From a virus (Duplodnaviria > Heunggongvirae > Uroviricota > Caudoviricetes), in the IMG/VR virus record IMGVR_UViG_3300021388_000002: 64,000 nucleotides of DNA; one strand, 5' to 3'. This document shows positions 8,795 to 18,007 of this stretch, piece after piece. Both the position numbers and the translations under genes were made by a program. The notes beneath the pieces were generated by a model that saw nothing but the letters and a program-made list of their open reading frames with translations, did no database searches and was not told where the DNA came from. Numbering within the stretch: the first letter of the stretch is position 1; every line of letters begins with the position of its first letter.

Positions 8795-11652
8795 CCGTAG
8801 ACATGAGCCCCGACCAGTTCATGCAGGCCGTGCCGACCCTGCCAAACGGGAACACGGCCTGGGCCCAGCGTTATGGCACCGAGCTGCGCGAGATCATCGT
8901 GCGCCAGGCCCACCGCCAGCCCCGGTCGGTGCAGCGGCACCTCGGGCCCTCCGAGCTGGGCCACGAATGCCTGAGCGGAGACACCGAAGTAGTAACCCGC
9001 ACCGGGCTCCGGCGGATTGCGGATCTTGCAGCCGAAGGGTCCGCAGAACTCCTGGTCCCGATGCTTTACAGCGGTAGCGACGTCCGGAAACGCTGGGGAA
9101 AATTCCAGCGCGTGCCAGTCACCTGTTTCGGCGAGCGTGAGCTGTTCAAAGTAACCCTGCGCCGGGGCCTGGACGTAAAGATCGTCCATACAACGGCCGG
9201 GCACGCCTGGTTCAGGTCGTACTGGTCGGGGAAACGCAGAAAACAGGAACGCCTGACAACAACAGCCCTGAAGCCAGGTCACAAACTCACCCAGCTCCGG
9301 CGGGCAATGTCTACCACAGCCACGCTGATGCCGGTTGCTGTTGCCCAGGGCTTCACGTTCGGTGACGGCACGAAAGGCAGCGATGACGGTAAGTACCGAG
9401 CGGCGGTACTGAACCTCTACCACAACGGCAAAGACGAGGCGCTGCTGCCGTTCTTTCCCGGTGAGCACGACCAGTACACAGACCCGCGCTGCGCTTACAC
9501 GTGCACATACATCCGGAACTTGCCCCGGTTCTGGAAAGAGCTACCCCCAGCCAGTGAATCGTGTGGGTTCCTCCTGAGCTGGCTGGCTGGTTACTTTGCG
9601 GCTGATGGCTGCGTCACGGAAGACGGGCACTGCACGATTTCCTCTGCAAATCGGGAACATCTGGAGTTCGTCCGGGGTATCGCGGCCATCTGCGGTATCG
9701 GTTACGGGCAGATCCAGTGTCATATGCGCCGGGGCATAACCGGGAAACAGCTTCAGCCGGAAGCGACAGCGCTATACAAGCTCAGCCTCCGGCGGCGGGA
9801 CTTTCCGGCGTGGTTCTTCCTCATCGAGGAGCACCTACGACGCGTGAAAGCAGCAAACCAGACTGCGGAGCACGATCCGCACTGGGTCGTGGTTTCCATA
9901 GAGCCAACAGGGCGAACCGAACCCGTGTACTGCGCCACCGTCGATGGCATCGGGGCCTTTGCCCTGGCGGATGACCTGATGACAGGCAACTGTGACCGGC
10001 TCATTGTCGGCAAGCTGGCGGGTGAGGCGGTTACCAACCATGTGGTAAGCCCGTGGCCCTCCGTGGTCGGCACGGCGGTGCACGCCTGGCTGGCGGACAA
10101 GTTCGCGCTGGAGAACACCCTGACCGGCACGCTGCGCTGGGTGCCGGAGCAGAAGGTCAGCCCGCACCCGTCCTACCCGGGTACCGCCGACCTCTATGAT
10201 GCCGCTGAGCAGGCAGTGTGCGACTGGAAGATCCTGGCTGAATCCTCCATGCGGAAGGTCAAGTCGCCGTCCGGGCCGCCGCGGCACTACCAGGTCCAGC
10301 TGCTGCTGTACGCGCTCGGCTACCGCAAGCTCGGCCTGCCCGTACGCCGGGTCGCCCTGGTCGCGCTGCCCCGCACCGCGGCCACCCTGGACGGCATGTA
10401 CGTCTGGGCACACGACTGCAGCCCGGCCGATGACGAGCTGCTGAACCAGGTGCTGGCCATCACCGAGACCCGCCGCCAGGTCGCGCAGGAGATCCTGGCC
10501 GGGCGGCTGGACATCCGCCAGGTCCCGATTACCCCAGGACCGGACATTTGTTACTTCTGCTTCGCAGGGGAAACAGAGGTCGTCACCCGGGACGGGATCA
10601 GGCCTATCGCGGAGCTGGCCGGGACCACGCCCGAGCTGCTGGTGCCCCGGCAGGGCAAGAACCCGGGTCTGCAGGCTCAGGGCGACTTCGTCCGGGCACC
10701 GGTCCGGATGCTCGGCACCCAGCGGCTGTGGAAGATCGAGCTGGGCAGCCGCCGGGCGGTCAAGACCGTCTACGCCACCGCGGAGCACCGCTGGCTGCTG
10801 ACCGCCCGCGAAAGCCGGGCCAACCCCGGCAACAAGCACGGGCATCTCATCCAGGGCAGGCAGCGGCCCAGCAGCCAGTTCGAGCGCACGACCCAGCAGC
10901 TCCAGCCGGGTGACCGGCTCCGGTCGCTGCGGGCCATGCGCGCGGCGCTGCCCATGATGCCGTGGGCGGTCGCGCAGGGCTTCGTCTTCGGCGACGGCAC
11001 CCGTGGCCAGGGCAGCCGCCCGGCCTCACTGAAGATCTACGACAACGGCAAGGACGAGGCCCTGCTGCCGTTCTTCCCGTTCACCGAGCCGAATCAGCAC
11101 GCGGATGGCAAGCACATCACCGGCCTGCCCCGGTTCTGGAAAGATCTCCCGCCGATCCGGGAGTCCCGGACCTTCCTGCTGAGCTGGCTGGCCGGGTACT
11201 TCGCAGCCGATGGCAACGTCACCGAGGCAGGCCAGTGCGTACTGGACTCGGCGGACGAGCAGGCCATCCGGTTTGCCCGGGATGTCGCAGCTGTCTGCGG
11301 TGTGGGATACAGCCCCATCCGCAGCAAGTGGCGGCTGGGCCGCGGGCAGGAACCCACCGAGCTGTGGTCGATCGGCCTGCGCCGGCGGGATCTCCCTGAC
11401 TGGTTTTTCCTGATCAAGGAACACGCCATCCGGGCCGCGCGGGCCAATGATGACGACGCACGCGGTACCTACTGGACGGTTAAATCTGTGCAGGTCACAG
11501 ACCGGATCGAACCGGTGTACTGCGCCACGGTTGACGGTGCGGAGATGTTCGGCCTGGCCGATGATCTTCTCACCGGCAACTGTCCGTTTTATAGGCCTCA
11601 ATCGGCCACGGACGGCGGGCCAGGCTGCCCCGGGCATAGCCTGCCCGGCTGA
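8791..11652 (+). CDS. Cas4-like PD-(D/E)XK exonuclease (RecB-family, Fe-S Cys cluster) interrupted by two inteins
   Basis: Extein pieces: ...ELGHE|C..DLYD..CDWK..QLLLYALGY..DICYF|CPFYRPQ..GC (Cys1 + CxxxC..C); two insertions starting CLSGDTEVV / CFAGETEVV and ending ...TGN before Cys. Confidence 0.75.
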   Translation: MTVDMSPDQFMQAVPTLPNGNTAWAQRYGTELREIIVRQAHRQPRSVQRHLGPSELGHECLSGDTEVVTRTGLRRIADLAAEGSAELLVPMLYSGSDVRKRWGKFQRVPVTCFGERELFKVTLRRGLDVKIVHTTAGHAWFRSYWSGKRRKQERLTTTALKPGHKLTQLRRAMSTTATLMPVAVAQGFTFGDGTKGSDDGKYRAAVLNLYHNGKDEALLPFFPGEHDQYTDPRCAYTCTYIRNLPRFWKELPPASESCGFLLSWLAGYFAADGCVTEDGHCTISSANREHLEFVRGIAAICGIGYGQIQCHMRRGITGKQLQPEATALYKLSLRRRDFPAWFFLIEEHLRRVKAANQTAEHDPHWVVVSIEPTGRTEPVYCATVDGIGAFALADDLMTGNCDRLIVGKLAGEAVTNHVVSPWPSVVGTAVHAWLADKFALENTLTGTLRWVPEQKVSPHPSYPGTADLYDAAEQAVCDWKILAESSMRKVKSPSGPPRHYQVQLLLYALGYRKLGLPVRRVALVALPRTAATLDGMYVWAHDCSPADDELLNQVLAITETRRQVAQEILAGRLDIRQVPITPGPDICYFCFAGETEVVTRDGIRPIAELAGTTPELLVPRQGKNPGLQAQGDFVRAPVRMLGTQRLWKIELGSRRAVKTVYATAEHRWLLTARESRANPGNKHGHLIQGRQRPSSQFERTTQQLQPGDRLRSLRAMRAALPMMPWAVAQGFVFGDGTRGQGSRPASLKIYDNGKDEALLPFFPFTEPNQHADGKHITGLPRFWKDLPPIRESRTFLLSWLAGYFAADGNVTEAGQCVLDSADEQAIRFARDVAAVCGVGYSPIRSKWRLGRGQEPTELWSIGLRRRDLPDWFFLIKEHAIRAARANDDDARGTYWTVKSVQVTDRIEPVYCATVDGAEMFGLADDLLTGNCPFYRPQSATDGGPGCPGHSLPG
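8968..9990 (+). mobile_element. intein 1 (341 aa) with LAGLIDADG-like homing endonuclease remnant (LLSWLAGYFAADG)
   Basis: Cys1 after extein Glu; block-A-like CLSGDTEVVTRTG; C-terminal ...DDLMTGN followed by +1 Cys; in frame. Confidence 0.7.
10558..11580 (+). mobile_element. intein 2 (341 aa), paralogue of intein 1 (about half the residues identical by eye)
   Basis: CFAGETEVVTRDG...LLSWLAGYFAADG...DDLLTGN|C; identical length to intein 1. Confidence 0.7.
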
Positions 11653-11787
11653 AGCGTTGCACCCGCCGGAGTATTTAGTAGTACAGTTGCAGTCCCAGGC
11701 ACAGTCCCAGGATCAGGAACAGGTCACAGTGCACGACCCGCAGGAACCGCAGGACACTCCGCACAGCCCAGTGAAAGGAACAGGTCG

Positions 11788-12915
11788 ATGACCTACCCAA
11801 ACCAGCCGCAGGGCTACTACCCCCCGGCCCAGCCCCAGCACCCGGCCCAGCCCGGCCCGTACGCCCAGCCGCAGCCCGGACCCGGCTACCCGCCGGCCCC
11901 GCCGCAGCCCGGCCCGTACGGCCAGCCGCAGCCCGGTTACTACCCGGCCCAGCCCCAGCAGCAGTACACCGCACCGCAGCCCCCGCCGCCCGTCCACGCC
12001 ACTGTGGATGACTACTTCAACCAGCCGGCGGGCGGCAGCGGCAAGTCCCTGTCCAGTTTCTTCGTCACCCCGGGCCAGTCCATCGCCGGCATCGTCGCCC
12101 GTCCCATCACAGGCGCCGACATCCAGCAGCAGACGTCCCAGGGCGACAACCGGCCGCTGTTCCACAAGGACAACCGGCCCAAGCTCGTCATGATCGTCCC
12201 GCTGGAGACCCAGCCGTCCCAGATGTTCCCGGACGGCCGGGTCGCCTGGTACGTCAAGGGCCAGGCCCAGCAGGAGCTGGCCCGGGCCATGGCCGAGGCA
12301 GGTGCCCCGGCTGGCGCGCCCGAGGCGGGAGCCCAGATCACCATCACCTTCACCGGGACCCGTGAGGTCGGCGGCGGGCGCAACCCGCAGAAGCTGTACG
12401 CGGTGATCTACCGCCGCCCGGCCCAGGCCGGCCAGTTCGCTGACCAGCAGCAGGCTCCCGCTCCGGCTCAGGCGCAGTACCAGGCCCCGGCCCAGGTGCA
12501 GTACCAGGCGCAGCCGCAGTATCAGGCCCCGCAGCCCGCCATGGCCCAGCCGCAGTACCAGGCACCGGCCCAGCCGCAGAACCAGCAGCTGCCCGGCCAG
12601 CCAGCTCAGCCCGCATTTGAGGGGCAGGGCTACGGCCAGGGATTCGGGGTCCAGCCCCCGGCTCAGCCACCGGCCCAGCCGCAGCAGCCGTACGGCATGG
12701 CCAGCCCCGGGCAGCAGGTCCAGCAGGCCGCGGACGCGGCTACGGCGGCGGCGCAGAACGCCATGGCCCAGCAGGGCCCGGCATCGCAGGCGCCGCAGCA
12801 GGTCCCCCAGGGCCAGCCGCTCGCCGCGCTGCCGAACGTCAGCGCGGGTAACCAGGAACTGCTGAGCAAGCTGCTCGGCCAGGCTGGTGCCCCGGCCCCG
12901 GCGCAGGCCCAGTAA
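11788..12915 (+). CDS. Pro/Gln-rich low-complexity protein with central globular domain
   Basis: N- and C-terminal PQPG/QAPAQ repeats; GGAACAGG SD. Confidence 0.5.
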   Translation: MTYPNQPQGYYPPAQPQHPAQPGPYAQPQPGPGYPPAPPQPGPYGQPQPGYYPAQPQQQYTAPQPPPPVHATVDDYFNQPAGGSGKSLSSFFVTPGQSIAGIVARPITGADIQQQTSQGDNRPLFHKDNRPKLVMIVPLETQPSQMFPDGRVAWYVKGQAQQELARAMAEAGAPAGAPEAGAQITITFTGTREVGGGRNPQKLYAVIYRRPAQAGQFADQQQAPAPAQAQYQAPAQVQYQAQPQYQAPQPAMAQPQYQAPAQPQNQQLPGQPAQPAFEGQGYGQGFGVQPPAQPPAQPQQPYGMASPGQQVQQAADAATAAAQNAMAQQGPASQAPQQVPQGQPLAALPNVSAGNQELLSKLLGQAGAPAPAQAQ

Positions 12916-13000
12916 CCGCAGTACCTCACCAACCGCACTCCGGCCGGGGTTCAGGGACGACCTGGGCTCCGGCCGGCAGTGTCACTGCCAGGAGGTCCCG

Positions 13001-13216
13001 ATGGGTGACTGCGACCACCAGCTGCCGTGCTGGAACCCGGATATGCGCTGCATGGGCTGCAGCCACCGGGTCGCCACCCTGTTCGGTGATGAGCCCACCG
13101 AGACCCGCCAGCTGAACCCGGTGCTGTGGCCGTTCGAGGTCGCGGGACGGGCCGAGGCCATCGTCCGCGGCTGGCTGATCCGCCACCGCCGGCTGTACCG
13201 CAAGGGGGCATGGTGA
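13001..13216 (+). CDS. small Cys-rich hypothetical protein
   Basis: CAGGAGGTCCCG ATG; MGDCDHQLPCWNPDMRCMGCSH. Confidence 0.45.
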   Translation: MGDCDHQLPCWNPDMRCMGCSHRVATLFGDEPTETRQLNPVLWPFEVAGRAEAIVRGWLIRHRRLYRKGAW

Positions 13217-15048
13217 CCGCGCTGGCCAGCTGGCAGCAGCCGGGCTGGATGCCGCCCCCGCCCGTCGTGGAGGCCACCGTGTTCGGTGAGCTGACCGGCG
13301 ACGGGACCCGGATCGTCCTGATCACCGAGGGCAATGACTGGGGCATCGCGCGGGTCGCGAACAAGCTGCGCGCCCTGACCCCGGCGCTGGAATCCGCGCT
13401 GGTCGATGGCCGCAAGACCGGCGCCATGTACTGCCCGGCCACCTGGCCCGCCGTCGTGCAGCTCGGGTTCACCTTCAGCGCGGACCCCACGATGGACTGG
13501 GTGCCGGGCCCGCGGCTGGCGGACTGGATCGCGGACCAGGCCGCGCGGCGGGTGGAGACCCCGCCGGAGCTGAGCGTGGGCTACCCGCCGGGGCTGAGCC
13601 TGCGTCCCTACCAGGTGGACGGCGCCGAGGCCATCGCGGCGGCGGGCAAGTACCTGCTGCTGGACGAGATGGGCCTGGGCAAGACGATCACGGCCATCTG
13701 CGGGGTGGACTCCCGGCGTATCCGCGGGCACGAGGTCTTCCCCCTGGTCATCGTCGTGCCGTCCTGGGAGGTGGGCGACAACTGGGCCCGCGAGATCCGC
13801 ACGTGGGCGCCGTCCTGGGGCGAGCCGGTGATGTATAAGGGCCCAGGCCGCCAGCACCTGCTGCTGGGCGCCCAGGTGCTGATCACCACCTACGCCACCG
13901 CCCGGCTGGATGCCGCGGACATGCGCGGCCCGCTGGTCCTGCTGAGGCCGCACGCACTGATCGCTGATGAGGCGCACTGGCTGAAAAACAAAGACGCCCG
14001 CCAGACCCGGGCGGTGTGCCGGGTCGCGCACCAGGCTGGCACGGTCGTGTTCGCCACCGGCACGCCCGTCACCCGCAACACCGGGGACGTCTGGGCGGCG
14101 CTGTTCGGCATGGACCCGGCCAGCTGGGGCTCCCGGGAGCGGACCATCGCCCGGTTCTGCGAGCGGGTGGACGATGACTACGGCCCGGAGAAGATCCTGG
14201 GCCTCAAGCCGGCCGCGGCACAGGAGTTCTTCGCCTGCCTGGCCGGGCAGATGCGCCGGGTCGCCAAGGCCGACGTGCTGGACCAGCTGCCGCCGAAAAC
14301 CTACTCAGTGCTGCGCCCGGAGATCCCGCCGGAGTGGCGGCGCGCGTATGACACCATGGCGGCCGACATGCTGGCCCTGCTGCCGGACGGCGGCCAGCTG
14401 CCGGTCATGGACACGCTGTCCAGGCTGACCCGGCTGACCCAGCTCGCGTCATCAGCGGCCGACGTGACCGTCACCCAGGAGTGGGACGACCGCCTGGGCC
14501 TGATGGTCCCGAAGTACACCGTGCGGCTGAAGGCGCCGAGCTGGAAGGCCGAGTCGCTGATGGGCGTCATCGCCAAGCGCGAGCACGCCGGTGTGCCCAC
14601 GGTGGCGTTCATGGCCTCCCGCCAGCTCGCGCTGATCACCGGCCGGGAGTACTGCGAGAAGGCCGGGCTGCGGACCGGCTACATCATCGGGACCGGCGAC
14701 GGCATCACCACGAAGACCCGGATCAGGGCCAAGGACGACTTCCAGGCCGGCAAGCTGGACGTGATCATTTGCACCGCGGGCGCGGGCGGCCTGGGCCTGA
14801 CCCTGACCGCCTCGGACTGCTGCGTGATGCTGCAGCGGCCCTGGCCGTTCGATCAGGCCGTCCAGCCCGAGGACCGGGTGCACCGGATCGGCGCCGAGAT
14901 CCACGACCGGGTGGACATCATCGATATCGTCGCGCAGGGAACCGTGGACGAGCGTGCCCGGGTTCTCATGCGCGAGAAGGCAGGCCAGTTCAGCCAGTTC
15001 GTCCGCGACCCGCGGATACTCAGGGAGCTGCTGGGCGGCCTGGACTAG
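13210..15048 (+). CDS. SNF2/RAD54-family DEAD/H-box helicase
   Basis: LRPYQVDGAEAI, LLLDEMGLGKT (Walker A), LIADEAHWLKN (DEAH), C-terminal helicase domain motifs. Confidence 0.85.
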   Translation: MVTALASWQQPGWMPPPPVVEATVFGELTGDGTRIVLITEGNDWGIARVANKLRALTPALESALVDGRKTGAMYCPATWPAVVQLGFTFSADPTMDWVPGPRLADWIADQAARRVETPPELSVGYPPGLSLRPYQVDGAEAIAAAGKYLLLDEMGLGKTITAICGVDSRRIRGHEVFPLVIVVPSWEVGDNWAREIRTWAPSWGEPVMYKGPGRQHLLLGAQVLITTYATARLDAADMRGPLVLLRPHALIADEAHWLKNKDARQTRAVCRVAHQAGTVVFATGTPVTRNTGDVWAALFGMDPASWGSRERTIARFCERVDDDYGPEKILGLKPAAAQEFFACLAGQMRRVAKADVLDQLPPKTYSVLRPEIPPEWRRAYDTMAADMLALLPDGGQLPVMDTLSRLTRLTQLASSAADVTVTQEWDDRLGLMVPKYTVRLKAPSWKAESLMGVIAKREHAGVPTVAFMASRQLALITGREYCEKAGLRTGYIIGTGDGITTKTRIRAKDDFQAGKLDVIICTAGAGGLGLTLTASDCCVMLQRPWPFDQAVQPEDRVHRIGAEIHDRVDIIDIVAQGTVDERARVLMREKAGQFSQFVRDPRILRELLGGLD

Positions 15049-15075
15049 CACACCCCAGAGAACAGGAGACAGATC

Positions 15076-15582
15076 ATGACCGTACTACCGGTGGCTCAGC
15101 AGGAGCTGCTAGCACAGATCCGCGATATCGCGGCTGACCCTCTGGCGGCAGATGCCCAGGCGGGCGCCCGCATCCGCGCGGTGCTGTTCCCGGCACACAG
15201 CCACGACGATGACGGCACAGTGGAAGGCTGCCCTGGCTGCTTCGCCCCAGGTGAGGCGGCCCTGGAGATGGCCATCACCCGGGATGAGCTGCACGCCGCG
15301 CTGGCCCAGGTGGAGCAGCACAGCCCGGCGGAGACAGCCCACGCGCGCACACCCGCCGGGTTCGCTGAGCTGCTGTTCACCCTCGCCGCGGAGATGCGGC
15401 ACGAGGCCGGGAAATGGATGGCCGGCTCGCTGTACGTGCGCGGGCGGGCGGACTGCCCCCAGGTCTACCTGCGGGAACCCCGCGGCTGGTACAGCTACAG
15501 CTCCAGCTCCCACTTCACTGACGGCGCCATCGACACCACCGGGCTCGTGCGCCTGGTACCCGCGGGCGAGGTGCGGTCATGA
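15076..15582 (+). CDS. hypothetical protein
   Basis: CAGGAGACAGATC ATG. Confidence 0.5.
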   Translation: MTVLPVAQQELLAQIRDIAADPLAADAQAGARIRAVLFPAHSHDDDGTVEGCPGCFAPGEAALEMAITRDELHAALAQVEQHSPAETAHARTPAGFAELLFTLAAEMRHEAGKWMAGSLYVRGRADCPQVYLREPRGWYSYSSSSHFTDGAIDTTGLVRLVPAGEVRS

Positions 15583-16220
15583 GCGCGGCAGCTGCCAATG
15601 GCGGCACCCGCAAGGCGGTGAGCACGCAGTACGTCGCGCGGGCCATCCGGGAGCTGACCAATGCGGGTTACCCCCAGGCGGATGCGGCCGGTGCGGTCGC
15701 CGCTGCGCTGCGCACCGGCCGGGCTGGGCTCGGGCGGCACCACATCGCCTACAGTTCCGCGCAGGGGGCCTACACCATCACCGAGCTGGCCCCGCCCCCG
15801 GAGCCGGGCGGCCAGAGCCTGAACGCGCTGAGCGAGGGCAGTGACGCGGTGCTGGCCCGGCTGGCCGTGCTGCTGACCACGATCACCGCCGCGGACGCGT
15901 GGCTGGACAGCGCGGCCAGCCCGGAATACCGCACGAACCCGCTGGCCCAGCGCTGGCACCGGCTGACCAAGGTCTGCGCGGAGGCCGGCGAGGTCTGGGA
16001 GGCCGTGGAGACCGCGACCGGCGGGAACCCGCGCAAGGCCCGGACCCGGGACGAGAAGATCCTGGAGGAGCTGGCGGATACGGCCATGGCGGCGCTGCTG
16101 GGCATCCAGCACGAGACCAAGGACGTCGCTATCACGTGGAGCATCTTCCTGGCGGCAGCGGCCAAAGTGCACGGCCGGATGCTGGCCGCCCAGCCCGTCA
16201 GCGAGGAGGATAGCCAGTGA
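15579..16220 (+). CDS. MazG-like nucleotide pyrophosphohydrolase domain protein
   Basis: C-terminal EAGEVWEAV...EKILEELADTAMAALL resembles MazG EExxE motifs. Confidence 0.55.
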   Translation: MSAAAANGGTRKAVSTQYVARAIRELTNAGYPQADAAGAVAAALRTGRAGLGRHHIAYSSAQGAYTITELAPPPEPGGQSLNALSEGSDAVLARLAVLLTTITAADAWLDSAASPEYRTNPLAQRWHRLTKVCAEAGEVWEAVETATGGNPRKARTRDEKILEELADTAMAALLGIQHETKDVAITWSIFLAAAAKVHGRMLAAQPVSEEDSQ

Positions 16221-16471
16221 GCGCACCAGCTGTCACCGGGGCGCCGGGCGGGCCGGTGCTGGAGGACCCGGCGGCTGAGCACGAGATCCAGCTGGCCGTG
16301 ACGTCACGGGCCGGCATCGGCGGGTTCATCACGGTGTCCTGCACCTGCCTGCCCCGGGGTACCGGGCGCGGGCGCCCGCGGCAGATCATTGAGGCTCGCA
16401 AGGTGTTCCCGGCCGCCGAGGCGGTCGCCACCTGGCGGGCCTGGCACACCGATAGGGGGATCGGGCTATGA
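16217..16471 (+). CDS. small hypothetical protein (GTG start)
   Basis: GTGA coupling. Confidence 0.35.
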   Translation: MSAPAVTGAPGGPVLEDPAAEHEIQLAVTSRAGIGGFITVSCTCLPRGTGRGRPRQIIEARKVFPAAEAVATWRAWHTDRGIGL

Positions 16472-17247
16472 GCTATCAGTGGGACCCGAATGCGGGCCTG
16501 GATCACGACGGCCGGCCGCTGGACGGGGAGCCGTACACGCACCCGTCCTGGGCGCAGGATGAGGGCCACTGCAGCGGCAGCGTGGCTGACCAGGCAGCCC
16601 AGGAGCTGGCCAGGGCCAGCCAGGTGCTGGAGGAGGCCCTGGCCAGCCACGCAGGCGTGCCGCTGGATCAGCTGCCGCTGACGGCAGCGCAGGAACAGGC
16701 CGTCCGCCAGGGCATCCAGCACGGGTACGCCATGGTCCTGCCAGACGGCCAGGCCATTACCCGGAACTGCGACTGCGGCCCGTGCACCGCCACCCACAGC
16801 CAGGCCAGGAAGGCAGCGGCAGCCGCGGCCAGGGCAGCAGAGCATGCGGGCGATCAGGCCGCGCAGCCTGTCCCGCGGATCGGGGACGCCGAGCGGGATG
16901 AGGTGATCGAGGCGCTGCGCGAGCACTTCGCGGCCGGGCGGCTGCGCCAGCACGAGGTGGATGAGCGGCTGGCCGCGGCGCTGGACGCGCTGACCCAGCC
17001 GGAGCTGGACGCGCTGCTGACCGACCTGCCCGCAGGCAGGCTGCCCGCACCTGCCCCGGCGGCGGCACCTGCCCCCGCACACCAGACCCGGGTGACGGTC
17101 ACCCGCTGCCGGCCCGCCACCTGGGACATCGTGGCCGCGGTGCTCCGGACCGCGCGGGTCATGATCATCGCGTACGTCATCCTGGGCTGCCTGTCCACCA
17201 CGCTGCCGCTGGTGAGCGCAGTCCTGCACACGCTGGTGGGCCCGTGA
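16468..17247 (+). CDS. DUF1707-like membrane protein
   Basis: ERDEVIEALREHFAAGRL...ELDALLTDL repeat; C-terminal TM helix. Confidence 0.5.
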   Translation: MSYQWDPNAGLDHDGRPLDGEPYTHPSWAQDEGHCSGSVADQAAQELARASQVLEEALASHAGVPLDQLPLTAAQEQAVRQGIQHGYAMVLPDGQAITRNCDCGPCTATHSQARKAAAAAARAAEHAGDQAAQPVPRIGDAERDEVIEALREHFAAGRLRQHEVDERLAAALDALTQPELDALLTDLPAGRLPAPAPAAAPAPAHQTRVTVTRCRPATWDIVAAVLRTARVMIIAYVILGCLSTTLPLVSAVLHTLVGP

Positions 17248-17783
17248 TGCCCGCCACGGTGACGTCGCTGGCCCCGCGGCGCCAGGCAGCGGTCACGGGC
17301 GTCATCACCGTGCTGGGCATCGACCCGGGCGACACGGTGGGCCTGTGCCTGGTCACCTGGCGCCGCCCGTGCGTGGTCGCTGAGTCGGTGCGGGCGTTCC
17401 AGTGCGACCGCGGCGCCGCGCCGGGCATGTGCGCCATGCTGCTGAACGCCCACCCGCGGCTGATCACCTGCGCGGGCATGGAGGCGTTCCGCTCCGGTAC
17501 CCGCTCGGCCCGGCTGAAAGGCACCCACGCCGACCACACCCGCGACCTGATCATCCTGCTGGCCGGGCTGCTGCGCCAGCACGGCGTGGTCCCCGTCACC
17601 CGGCCGGCCGCCACCGTCAAGACCTGGGCCACCGATGCCCGGCTGGACGCGGCCGGGCTGCTGGCGGCCACCGCCGGGCAGCGGCACGCCCGGGATGCGG
17701 CCCGGCACGCCGCCTACACAGCCTGCAGAGACGCCGGGCTGCCCGATCCGCTGTCCCGCCCCGGCCAGGCGGGACCGCGATGA
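17247..17783 (+). CDS. RuvC-like Holliday junction resolvase
   Basis: VLGIDPGDTVGLCLV; HARDAARHAAYTA C-terminal motif. Confidence 0.65.
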   Translation: MPATVTSLAPRRQAAVTGVITVLGIDPGDTVGLCLVTWRRPCVVAESVRAFQCDRGAAPGMCAMLLNAHPRLITCAGMEAFRSGTRSARLKGTHADHTRDLIILLAGLLRQHGVVPVTRPAATVKTWATDARLDAAGLLAATAGQRHARDAARHAAYTACRDAGLPDPLSRPGQAGPR

Positions 17784-18007
17784 CCACCAGAAGCGACGAG
17801 ATGGAGGAGTACGCCCATGCCCCGTATTCCAGTGCCGGAGCCGGATAGGCGGCAGCCCGGGACCCCCCACTGCCACGTGATCCAGGGTCCCGGACGCCAG
17901 CCTCGCGCTGCATCTTCCCCTTCCCGGCGGCAAGACGCGGGCACTCGCATGGTACCCCGCGGAACTGTGCGTTACCCGTACGCCTGGGCGTTTTACGGGG
18001 GCGTGGC

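Noticed and set aside
12982-14031. 349-aa minus ORF antisense to the SNF2 helicase
   Set aside because: Antisense to a gene with clear helicase motifs; typical high-GC shadow ORF.
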